Shown piece after piece: positions 1 to 8,243 of a stretch of DNA of 64,000 nt. The stretch is taken from the NCBI GenBank assembly GCA_963665125.2, contig CAXXUK010000001.1, positions 224,001 to 288,000 of the forward strand. The letters are read 5' to 3'. The position numbers were made by a program, and so were the translations under genes. The number at the start of each line of letters is the position of its first letter. The stretch's first letter is position 1. The notes beneath the pieces are model-generated. The model ran no database searches. It worked only from the letters and a program-made list of their open reading frames with translations, and was not told the DNA's origin. The DNA is from an uncultured Desulfarculus sp. Its GTDB lineage: Bacteria > Desulfobacterota > Desulfarculia > Desulfarculales > Desulfarculaceae.

Positions 1-985
1 AGGCATCAGCGTCGCCTCGGCGGCAATGTTCAGCAAAGTCTCTCTGCCGCCGATGCTGCGGCACGGCTATAAAAAGTCATTCAGCCTCGGCACCATCGCG
101 GGTTCGTCCATCCTGGGCATGCTCATACCGCCCAGCGTTTTGCTTATTCTTTACGGCGTGGTGGCGCGGCAATCCATCGGCGCGCTTTTTACCGCGGGAA
201 TCATGCCCGGCATATTGTTGGCCCTTGTCTTTGCCTGCGGCATATGGCTCATGGTGCGCCTGCGGCCGGATCTGGTAACCGACCAAAATTCCGAAACGTC
301 AACAGCCGAAAGTGGCGATCAAAGGCTTGACTTGAAAATGGTGCTGAAGATCATCCCCGTGGGCGTGTTGATAACCTTGGTGTTGGGCGGCATCTATTGC
401 GGGATATTCACTCCCACCGAGGCCGGCGGCGTGGGGGCCTGCGGCGCATTGATCCTGGCTCTGGCCAAGGGCCGCCTGAGCGGTAAAAATCTTTGGCAGG
501 TGCTGCTTTCCACCGGCTATGTCTCGGTGGGGATCCTGTTCATCCTGGTCACGGCAAACATGTACGCCCGGATGATCACCCTGAGCAACCTGCCGGCGGC
601 GCTTTGCGAGTGGCTGGCCGTACTGCCTTTGCCCCCCCTGGCCGTCATGGCCGTGCTGGTGGTCTTGCTGATCGTCCTTGGGGCCATACTGGATTCCACA
701 TCAATAATATTGATCACCCTGCCGATCATGCTGCCGGTGGTGACGGCCATGGGCTTCGACCCCATATGGTTCGGTGTCGTGGCCATCATAGCCATTGAAA
801 CCGGATTGATCACTCCGCCGTTCGGGCTGGTGGTCTACACCATGAAAGCCACGGTAGGCGACGACGTTACGGTTGAGGAGATATTCAAGGGATCGGTGCC
901 GTTTTTCGTAATGATGCTGATGGTTCTGGCCCTGGTGATCGTGTTTCCGGCCCTGGCGCTCTGGCTTCCCGGATTAAGTTCATAA
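1..985 (+). CDS. dctM: TRAP transporter large permease (DctM), 5'-truncated by window edge
   Basis: Highly hydrophobic; DctM motifs GMLIPPS, FTPTEA, GFDPIWFGV, LITPPFG; frame open to window start. Confidence 0.92.
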   Translation, partial: GISVASAAMFSKVSLPPMLRHGYKKSFSLGTIAGSSILGMLIPPSVLLILYGVVARQSIGALFTAGIMPGILLALVFACGIWLMVRLRPDLVTDQNSETSTAESGDQRLDLKMVLKIIPVGVLITLVLGGIYCGIFTPTEAGGVGACGALILALAKGRLSGKNLWQVLLSTGYVSVGILFILVTANMYARMITLSNLPAALCEWLAVLPLPPLAVMAVLVVLLIVLGAILDSTSIILITLPIMLPVVTAMGFDPIWFGVVAIIAIETGLITPPFGLVVYTMKATVGDDVTVEEIFKGSVPFFVMMLMVLALVIVFPALALWLPGLSS

Positions 986-1017
986 GGCTTGCCAAACTAC
1001 AGGAAAATGTATTTCAT

Positions 1018-1650
1018 ATGACCAACCCACACGAGAGCAACACAACGGTACATCTTTCCACCCGAGCACGAAGGCTGGAAATGGACGAAAAAGCCACTCA
1101 AATACTGGATGCGGCCCAACAACGATTTGAGCGTTTTGGAATCAAAAAGACTACTGTCGATGAAATATGCAGGGACGTCGGAATATCCAAAAACACGCTT
1201 TATGATTATTTCCGCAGCAAAGAGGATCTGTTCGTATCAACGTTTATCCGCGAGGCCCAAAAAAACCGTGATTTGGTCCTGGAAAAGATGCGTGACCTTG
1301 ACGATCCGCTGGAAAAAATCCAAAAGCTGTTCAACTTTGCCGTAAATCGCCAATGGAATCAATCTTTTATGGTGATGGTGCTGCAGGACAAGGACGGCCT
1401 TTACGACTTTTTTCTGAAAGACGAATACCGGCTACAGGTCGAAGAGGGAGTACTGTCGATTATCGACGATATCCTGCAATGCGGGGTACGGGATGGCAAG
1501 TTCCGGGACATGAACACCCACACGGTGGCTTATTTTTTATTCAAGCTTTTCCAGAGTATAACCTTTGCCCGGACGCAGTCCATCAAAGGAGATGATCAGG
1601 ATTTGGATGAACTCATAGCCCTTATCGTGGCCGGTGTCGCAAAACACTAA
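1018..1650 (+). CDS. TetR/AcrR family transcriptional regulator
   Basis: N-terminal HTH ILDAAQQRFERFGIKKTTVDEICRDVGISKNTLYDYFRSKEDL. Confidence 0.92.
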   Translation: MTNPHESNTTVHLSTRARRLEMDEKATQILDAAQQRFERFGIKKTTVDEICRDVGISKNTLYDYFRSKEDLFVSTFIREAQKNRDLVLEKMRDLDDPLEKIQKLFNFAVNRQWNQSFMVMVLQDKDGLYDFFLKDEYRLQVEEGVLSIIDDILQCGVRDGKFRDMNTHTVAYFLFKLFQSITFARTQSIKGDDQDLDELIALIVAGVAKH

Positions 1651-2107
1651 AAGACCGAGGTCCAACCTTTCCTGAAAATTGACCAGCCCCTTGGAAAGTT
1701 TTCCGTTTGTTGAATTCGGTGAGCGAAGTTACTTCGGACAAATTGATCCTCAAGGATGCGCTTGAGGGTAGCCACCATGCCGATAGGGAACGGCACCGGA
1801 TCGGCTCCATTGGCCGGCATCCAAGTTGAAGCCACATGGCGCAGATCAGGCGAGAGGATCGAGCTGTCAACGTGTTCCGTGCCCCGGACACGTTTCAGGC
1901 CTCCGACATTGCTACCGCTGAAATTGGCCGTTTTGTCCTGATCATTCCCGGCGGTTTTTCATCTTGGGAGCATTGGCTTGGCCGCGGTTTCGGCTGTCTT
2001 GTGGAACCACATTTTTGGCCTGGCATACACCCAGCAGCTTGCCTGCGGCGGAGCCCTAACCTAAACTGAATAGATTGGTTACACATCCAAAGCGGGAACG
2101 GTGCGTT

Positions 2108-4507
2108 ATGGAAAACTATGAGAAGCTGGGCGCCTTTTATCTGGGCAAGAGCTATGACCTGGGCAAAGCCAAGCTGAAGGACGATCTGGTCCTTTATGAC
2201 TCCAAGGACCTCACCACCCACGGGGTGATCATCGGCATGACCGGCTCGGGCAAGACCGGCCTGGGCATCAGCCTGCTGGAAGAGGCGTTGATCGATAACA
2301 TCCCTGTGATCGCCATCGACCCCAAGGGCGACTTGCCCAACCTGCTTCTCAACTTTCCCGATCTGGCTCCCGGCGACTTCGAACCCTGGGTTAACGTCTC
2401 CGACGCCGCCAACCAGGGCCAAAGCCCTGCCCAGTTCGCCGCGGCCCAGGCCTCGCTTTGGAAAAAGGGGCTCGCTTCCTGGGGCCAGGGGCCGGAACGC
2501 ATCGCGAGGCTGAGAGATGCCTGCGACATGGCGGTCTACACACCGGGCTCCAACGCGGGGTTGCCGGTGAGCCTTTTACGCAATTTCGACCCGCCAACCC
2601 AGGACGAACAAGCTGATGCCGATCTCTGGCGGGAGAAAGTGACGGCCACGGCTTCGGGCATCCTCTCCCTGGTTGGCATTGATGCCGATCCCCTCACCAG
2701 CAAGGAACACATCCTGGTGGCCAACATCCTGGAGACGGTGTGGAAAGAGGGCAGGCCCCTGGACCTGGCCGGGTTGATCCGCAATATCGCCGAGCCGCCC
2801 TTCACCAGGGTGGGTGTCATGGAACTGGACATCTTTTATCCCCAGAAAGAGCGTTTTGCTCTGTCCATGCGTATCAACAGCCTGCTGGCCTCGCCGGGAT
2901 TCGAGGCCTGGTTCCAGGGCGAACCCCTGGATATCGCCCGCATGCTCCGCACAGCTGCGGGCAAGCCACGGGCTTCCATTTTCTGCATCAGTCACCTTGG
3001 CGACGCCCAGCGCATGTTTTTTGTTTCCATGCTGCTCAACCGGCTCATCTCCTGGATGCGGGGCCAGTCCGGCACCACCAGCCTGCGGGCCCTGCTTTAC
3101 TTTGACGAGATCATGGGTTACCTGCCCCCCAACGGCAACCCGCCCTCAAAGACTCCACTGCTGACCCTGTTGAAACAGGGCCGCGCCTTTGGCCTGGGCT
3201 GCGTGCTTTCCACCCAGAATCCGGTGGATCTGGATTACAAGGCCCTCAGCAACGCGGGCACATGGTGGCTGGGCCGTTTGCAGACCCAGCGGGACAAGGA
3301 GAGGGTCCTGGCCGGCTTGGAAGGGGCCGCTGCCGGAGGCAAGGCGGAGTTTGATAAACAGGCCATGGAAGAGACGCTGGCCGGACTGGGCAAGAGGACC
3401 TTCCTTTTGCATAACGTGCATGAATCCCGGCCGGAGGTCTTTCAGGTGCGTTGGGCCTTGTCATATCTACGCGGGCCCATGACCCGTGAGCAGATCAAGA
3501 TGATCATGGCAGCCAAGAAGGAGGCCGCGCCTGTTCCGGCAATGGCCCAAGGCGGCAAGGCGGGCGGCGCGCCTCCGCCGGGCCCCCTGGGCGTGGATGA
3601 CTATTATCTTCCAGCCTCCGGGGCGGGCTCCGGGCTCACCTATTTCCCGCACCTTCTCGGCGTGGTCGAGGCCCATTACCAAAGCGCCCGACATGGCGTG
3701 AGACGCACCGAAACATGCGTTTTAGCCTATTGCCTGGAAGAGGGATTCAGCGATCCCGACTGGGATGACGCCGTGGAACTGAAGATCGACACCGGCCTAT
3801 TGCGGGACAAGCCCCTTGCCGGAGCCTCCTTCGCCGACTTGCCGGATGGTGTGAGCGCCAAGAAATTCAAGGTTTGGCAAAATGATCTGAAGCGCTATGT
3901 CGGCCAAAACCGGCAGGTGGTGCTCTATTCGGCCCCAGGGTACAAGCTAACCGGCACGGCGGGCGAGAGCGAAGCCGAGTTCCGGATGCGCCTGGGCCAG
4001 GCCATGCGCGAAAAGCGCGATATGCTGGTTACCAAACTGCGGCTGCGTTACGAGTCCAAGATCAACACCCTGGAGCGCCGCCTTTTGACCGCCCAGCAGG
4101 CCGTGGCCCGGGAGGAGGACCAGGCCTCGGCCAGCAAGATTGATATGTACGTCTCCGCCGGGGCTACGTTGTTGGGGGCGCTTTTCGGGCGCAAGACAAT
4201 GAGCGCCGGCAACATCGGCAGAGCCGGCACCACCCTGCGCCGCTCCAACAAGGTCTTCAAGGAAAAGGCCGATGTGGAGCGGGCTAAGGAGAGGCTTGCC
4301 CAGGTGCAGGCCGAGATGGCCGAGCTGGAGGGGGCGTTCAATCAGGATGTGGCCGACTTGGAGGCCCGGTTGGACCCCGCTCTGGAAGATCTTAAGGAGA
4401 TTTCAATCCAGGCCAAGGAAAAGGATATGAAAGTGGACCTGCTCTGCCTGGCTTGGCTGCCTTACCTTGAGGACGCCGAGGGCCATCTGCTCCCTGATTG
4501 GGAATAG
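2108..4507 (+). CDS. HerA/FtsK-superfamily P-loop ATPase (DUF87/DUF853-like) with C-terminal coiled coils
   Basis: Walker A GMTGSGKT, IDPKGD, Walker B LLYFDE, STQNPVD; ATG at 2108 chosen over the ORF-track start at 2075. Confidence 0.85.
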   Translation: MENYEKLGAFYLGKSYDLGKAKLKDDLVLYDSKDLTTHGVIIGMTGSGKTGLGISLLEEALIDNIPVIAIDPKGDLPNLLLNFPDLAPGDFEPWVNVSDAANQGQSPAQFAAAQASLWKKGLASWGQGPERIARLRDACDMAVYTPGSNAGLPVSLLRNFDPPTQDEQADADLWREKVTATASGILSLVGIDADPLTSKEHILVANILETVWKEGRPLDLAGLIRNIAEPPFTRVGVMELDIFYPQKERFALSMRINSLLASPGFEAWFQGEPLDIARMLRTAAGKPRASIFCISHLGDAQRMFFVSMLLNRLISWMRGQSGTTSLRALLYFDEIMGYLPPNGNPPSKTPLLTLLKQGRAFGLGCVLSTQNPVDLDYKALSNAGTWWLGRLQTQRDKERVLAGLEGAAAGGKAEFDKQAMEETLAGLGKRTFLLHNVHESRPEVFQVRWALSYLRGPMTREQIKMIMAAKKEAAPVPAMAQGGKAGGAPPPGPLGVDDYYLPASGAGSGLTYFPHLLGVVEAHYQSARHGVRRTETCVLAYCLEEGFSDPDWDDAVELKIDTGLLRDKPLAGASFADLPDGVSAKKFKVWQNDLKRYVGQNRQVVLYSAPGYKLTGTAGESEAEFRMRLGQAMREKRDMLVTKLRLRYESKINTLERRLLTAQQAVAREEDQASASKIDMYVSAGATLLGALFGRKTMSAGNIGRAGTTLRRSNKVFKEKADVERAKERLAQVQAEMAELEGAFNQDVADLEARLDPALEDLKEISIQAKEKDMKVDLLCLAWLPYLEDAEGHLLPDWE

Positions 4508-4629
4508 CGCCGGACCCGCGAATTCGGCGGCCTAAGGTGGTGGGACGGCTAAAGAGGCGGGTGACATGCCGTGGGTGGTCCGCCGGTTACGGCGCCGCCT
4601 CACTGCTACTGGAACGGAAAACCCTTTTT

Positions 4630-5586
4630 TTACTGGGCCAAGGACTGAATGGCTGGGTCGGTTATGCGGCCGAGGATGTAGGCCCGCGCTTGAAAGAAAA
4701 GCGGAAGACCGGAGCCGTCGTCAAGATCACGCGAGACGATATCGCGGTCCACAAGCTCTTCCATGAGCACCTTGCAAACGGATTCCACCAGCGATGCCCG
4801 GCGTTCGTAATCAAGAGTCGTTGATAAAGCCATAAGACGGGCATCAAGGCGGGCCGCGATTTCGCGAGACCGGAAAACGTGGTGGAGCCACTTCCAGTAT
4901 GGGGCGTAGTCGCGGTCCATGACTATGGCCAGCGCCATCACCGCATTTAGGAAACTCCCTATGGCCATCTCCGCGGCGACAGGGTCTTTGCGCTTGGCCA
5001 ATCGCCAGCAGAAGTTGTATTCGCCGTAGTGCGCCACCTCAAAGCAGAGCAGGGTCATGCGAAGAAGCCAGATGTCGTCGGGATAGGTGCGCAGCCTTGC
5101 CTGAATGTCGGCCAGGATGCCCGCCGGGTCATGAAACACCACGCCGTGGCGGGCGTAGTGGAGATGCGATTCCAGATTCGGTAATTCGTGGCCGCAGCAG
5201 ACCCAGTCGGTTGGCGCATCTGGAAGTCGGCGACTGGGGAATGTCTTGCCGAAGTATTCAGATGCGTTGTGCACTTGGATGGAAGGCGCGAACTGGAAAC
5301 GGTTTTTAAAGCCATCCCACTGGCCAGGTGCGGCGGCTCTCATTTCGGATTGGAGAGATTCGTTGGATACGCCGTCTTCATCAACGCGGAACACGTCGAA
5401 ACGCGGACCCCAACCGTGGTCGCGGGAGAGGGCGTCATCGGCACCGAGCACGTCCGAACCGCTGAAGAGGCCGACGCCGATGCGGCCCAGCAGATCTGGA
5501 TACCGGGACGCAAGCCAAGGACGGCCCCATTTCATCCAGTAGTCTTTTGCAATATCCAGTCCCTGCCCAGGCGTGGACTCATTCAT
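4630..5586 (-). CDS. DUF4037-family protein (nucleotidyltransferase-like N-terminus)
   Basis: GSDVLGADDALSRDHGWGPRF and YAPYWKWLH motifs recalled for this family. Confidence 0.75.
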   Translation of the reverse strand: MNESTPGQGLDIAKDYWMKWGRPWLASRYPDLLGRIGVGLFSGSDVLGADDALSRDHGWGPRFDVFRVDEDGVSNESLQSEMRAAAPGQWDGFKNRFQFAPSIQVHNASEYFGKTFPSRRLPDAPTDWVCCGHELPNLESHLHYARHGVVFHDPAGILADIQARLRTYPDDIWLLRMTLLCFEVAHYGEYNFCWRLAKRKDPVAAEMAIGSFLNAVMALAIVMDRDYAPYWKWLHHVFRSREIAARLDARLMALSTTLDYERRASLVESVCKVLMEELVDRDIVSRDLDDGSGLPLFFQARAYILGRITDPAIQSLAQ

Positions 5587-5837
5587 TGGTCACTCCCCTG
5601 AAGTGGTTCGGAATCAACATGCTTACTTTCAGCCGGTATCGGTATCCGACTTTGGCTTACAGTTTTTGTGCTTAACCGGGTAAACGTGCAACTGCTCCAT
5701 GGAAAACCAAGCACGAGCAGGCGCAGACACCGCATGAGAAAGGCTGTGCCAATGTTTGGCCCGATGGGTCGCCGGCCCCGTCCATATGGCCGCTTAATCA
5801 ACTGTCCTTTGATTATAGGTTGGAATCACCTTTTGTC

Positions 5838-5853
5838 AGGCCCGATTTTTGCT
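5838..5853 (+). promoter_or_regulatory. Probable sigma54 -24/-12 promoter
   Basis: AGGCCCGATTTTTGCT: GG-N10-GC with TTGC, about 35 nt upstream of the GTG at 5887; -24 element imperfect. Confidence 0.55.
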
Positions 5854-5886
5854 TAAAATAACCGGCGAACCAAAACGGGAGCAACC

Positions 5887-6306
5887 GTGCCGCGCCTTAT
5901 TGTCATCACCCTTTGCCTTTTGCTGGCCTCCGCCTGGGCTTGGGCCCAGTACCGGGACGCCCAACTGGAGGATCCTTTTTCCTTCACCGGAGACGTCATC
6001 TCGGTGGGCGTACCCGGCCAAGGTTTGGTCCTGGCCCTGGCCGACCGCAATGTGGCGGTGCACGGCCTGGGCCCGCTGTGGTATTGGGACTCCCACCAGT
6101 GGCCCTCACCGGCGGTGGGCCAGGCGGTCATCGCCACCGGCCGCCGGGTGCGCTACCAGGACCGCATATTCTACGTGGCCGACAGCCTTTCCTTTGGCGG
6201 CAACACCCTGAACCTGCGCCGCGATGCAGACGGCCTGCCCGTGTGGCACGGCCGGGGCCTGTATCTGCCCTTCAAGGAGGCACAGCCCCGGGAGTCGAGA
6301 CCATGA
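5887..6306 (+). CDS. Exported OB-fold protein, MamS/MamX-domain-like
   Basis: Signal peptide (…SAWAWA); motif GLGPLWYW…PAVGQAVIATG…LNLRRDADGLPVW; GGGAG RBS. Confidence 0.7.
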   Translation: MPRLIVITLCLLLASAWAWAQYRDAQLEDPFSFTGDVISVGVPGQGLVLALADRNVAVHGLGPLWYWDSHQWPSPAVGQAVIATGRRVRYQDRIFYVADSLSFGGNTLNLRRDADGLPVWHGRGLYLPFKEAQPRESRP

Positions 6307-6890
6307 AACGTTGGCTTGCCGTCATGGCCGTGGTTCTTGGCCTGGTTTTGCTGGCCGCGCCCTGTCCCTGCATCGCCAGTGGCGGCGGCGGAGGAGGCGG
6401 CGGCGGCGGTGGTGGTGGCGGCGGTGCCGGAGGAGGTGCTGGTGCTGGCGGGGGCGGTGGAAGCGCTGGTGCTGGTGGTGGCGGCGGTGCCGGGGGAGGG
6501 GCCGGTGCCGGTGGCGGCTCTGGCGGCGGCGGCGGGGCCGGTTCAAGAGCCAACCCCCTGCCTGTGCACAATGTCTGCGCGGGCCGGCCCTTCAGCCTGC
6601 AAGGTACGGTTTTGGATGTCATAGGGCCCCGCGAGGGCCAAGGCTTCTTGCTCTGGTCCGGCGAAAAGGTGGTGAAGGTCTACGGAATTGGCCCGGCCTG
6701 GTTCTGGCAGACCCAGCAATCCCCACCCCCGGCCGTGGGTCAGTGGGTCACCGTGGATGGCTTCACGGTGGATTACAACGGGGTGGAGCGCAACATGGCC
6801 TCCAGGCTCTACCTGCCCGGCGGCGTGGTGATATTACGCGCGGCCGACGGCTGCCTGCCCTTGTGGCGGCAAGGCGGTCCGGGCCGCTGA
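6303..6890 (+). CDS. Exported protein: signal peptide, poly-Gly/Ala linker, MamS/MamX-like OB-fold domain
   Basis: ATG at 6303 overlaps the upstream stop (ATGA); MKRWLAVMAVV signal; GIGPAWFW…PAVGQWVTVDG…LRAADGCLPLW paralogous to 5887..6306. Confidence 0.75.
   Translation: MKRWLAVMAVVLGLVLLAAPCPCIASGGGGGGGGGGGGGGGAGGGAGAGGGGGSAGAGGGGGAGGGAGAGGGSGGGGGAGSRANPLPVHNVCAGRPFSLQGTVLDVIGPREGQGFLLWSGEKVVKVYGIGPAWFWQTQQSPPPAVGQWVTVDGFTVDYNGVERNMASRLYLPGGVVILRAADGCLPLWRQGGPGR
6378..6545 (+). repeat. Low-complexity GGN (Gly/Ala) tract with 63-bp internal duplication
   Basis: GGTGGTGGCGGCGGTGCCGG at 6411 and 6474; encodes about 55 residues that are almost all G/A/S. Confidence 0.9.
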
Positions 6891-6909
6891 CTGCCGCTTG
6901 CCGGTGTGG

Positions 6910-8241
6910 TTATTTGAGCTTGCGGTACAAGGTGGCCAGGTTGATGTCCAAATCGGCGGCGGCCTTTTCCTTGTCTCCGCCATTGGCGGCGATGGCCCGT
7001 TTCACGCAGGCCCGCTCAAAATCGGCCACAGCATCCTTGAGCGAGCGCGGTCGATCCCCGGCGGAGGTCAGGGACCCGCGCAGCTTGGCGGGCAGGTCGG
7101 CCAGATGAAGCCGTTGCCCCTCGGCCAGCACCAGGGCGCTTTCCACCACGTTTTCCAGCTCCCGGACATTGCCTGGCCAGTCGTAGGCCTGTAAGGCGGC
7201 CATGGCGTCCTGGACCATGCCCTCCAGCCGCTTGCCCAGGCGGACGCCGGCCTGGTCCAGGAAGCGTTGGGCCAATAGGGCCACGTCTTCCGGGCGTTGG
7301 CGCAAGGGGGGCATGGCTATCTCGAACACGTTGAGGCGGTAGTACAGGTCTTCGCGAAAGCGGCCCGCGGCCACCTCCTTGGCCAGGTCGCGGTTGGTGG
7401 CCGCGACCAGGCGCACGTCCACCTCCACCTCCCGCCCCGCGCCCAAGGGGGTAATGGTGCGCTCCTGCACGGCGTGCAACAGCTTGACCTGTAGGCCCAG
7501 GGGCAACTCGCCAACCTCGTCCAAAAAGAGGGTGCCGCCCATGGCCTGGCGAAAGAGGCCGTCCTTGTCCCGGGTCGCGCCGGTAAACGCGCCCTTTTTA
7601 TAACCGAACAGCTCTGATTCCAGAAGGTTCTCGGGGATTGCCCCGCAGTTGACCTTGACCAGGGGGGCCTTGGTCCGGGGCGAGGCCTGGTGGATCAGGC
7701 GGGCGGCCAGGCTCTTGCCCGTGCCCGATTCGCCGGTGAGCAGCACCGTGGTGTCAAAAGGGGCGATCTTTTCCATGAGCCGCAGAACCTGGCCCATGGC
7801 CGGACTGGCCGCCACCATGGCCTTGTCCGCGTCCAGGGATTGCAGCCTTTGGCGCAGTTCGCGGTTTTCGGCCCGCAACAACCCCAACTCCAACAGACGG
7901 CGCACCGTGGCCAGAAGCTCCTCCCGCTCAACCGGCTTGGCAACGTAGTCCGCCGCACCCCAGCGGAGCGACTCCACGGCGCTGTCCAGGCTGGTGTTGG
8001 CCGTGACCATGACCACCGGTGTGCCCGGGACTATCTCCGCCGCCTGTTTGAGCACCTCCAAACCGCTGATGTCCGGCAGGCCGATATCCACCAGGGCCAG
8101 GTCCAGCCCGCCCTTGGCCAGGGCTTGCAAGGCCTGGCCTCCGTCCATTGCCTTGACCAGTTCGTGGCCCTCGCCGGCCAAAAGCGCCTCCAAGACAACC
8201 AGGGAGCCGGGGTCGTCGTCAACAAGCAGCAGCCGGGCCAT
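6910..8241 (-). CDS. Sigma54-dependent response regulator (NtrC/ZraR/AtoC family)
   Basis: REC (LVDDD, D52), [29 protein letters not shown], Fis-type HTH. Confidence 0.95.
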   Translation of the reverse strand: MARLLLVDDDPGSLVVLEALLAGEGHELVKAMDGGQALQALAKGGLDLALVDIGLPDISGLEVLKQAAEIVPGTPVVMVTANTSLDSAVESLRWGAADYVAKPVEREELLATVRRLLELGLLRAENRELRQRLQSLDADKAMVAASPAMGQVLRLMEKIAPFDTTVLLTGESGTGKSLAARLIHQASPRTKAPLVKVNCGAIPENLLESELFGYKKGAFTGATRDKDGLFRQAMGGTLFLDEVGELPLGLQVKLLHAVQERTITPLGAGREVEVDVRLVAATNRDLAKEVAAGRFREDLYYRLNVFEIAMPPLRQRPEDVALLAQRFLDQAGVRLGKRLEGMVQDAMAALQAYDWPGNVRELENVVESALVLAEGQRLHLADLPAKLRGSLTSAGDRPRSLKDAVADFERACVKRAIAANGGDKEKAAADLDINLATLYRKLK

Positions 8242-8243
8242 GG

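Noticed and set aside
1650..2070. Short ORFs or a possible gene remnant after tetR
   Set aside because: No recognisable motifs, RBS or consistent frame
5913..6302. ORF-track N-terminal extension of the Gly-rich protein
   Set aside because: Overlaps the 5887-6306 gene; a signal peptide begins at ATG 6303
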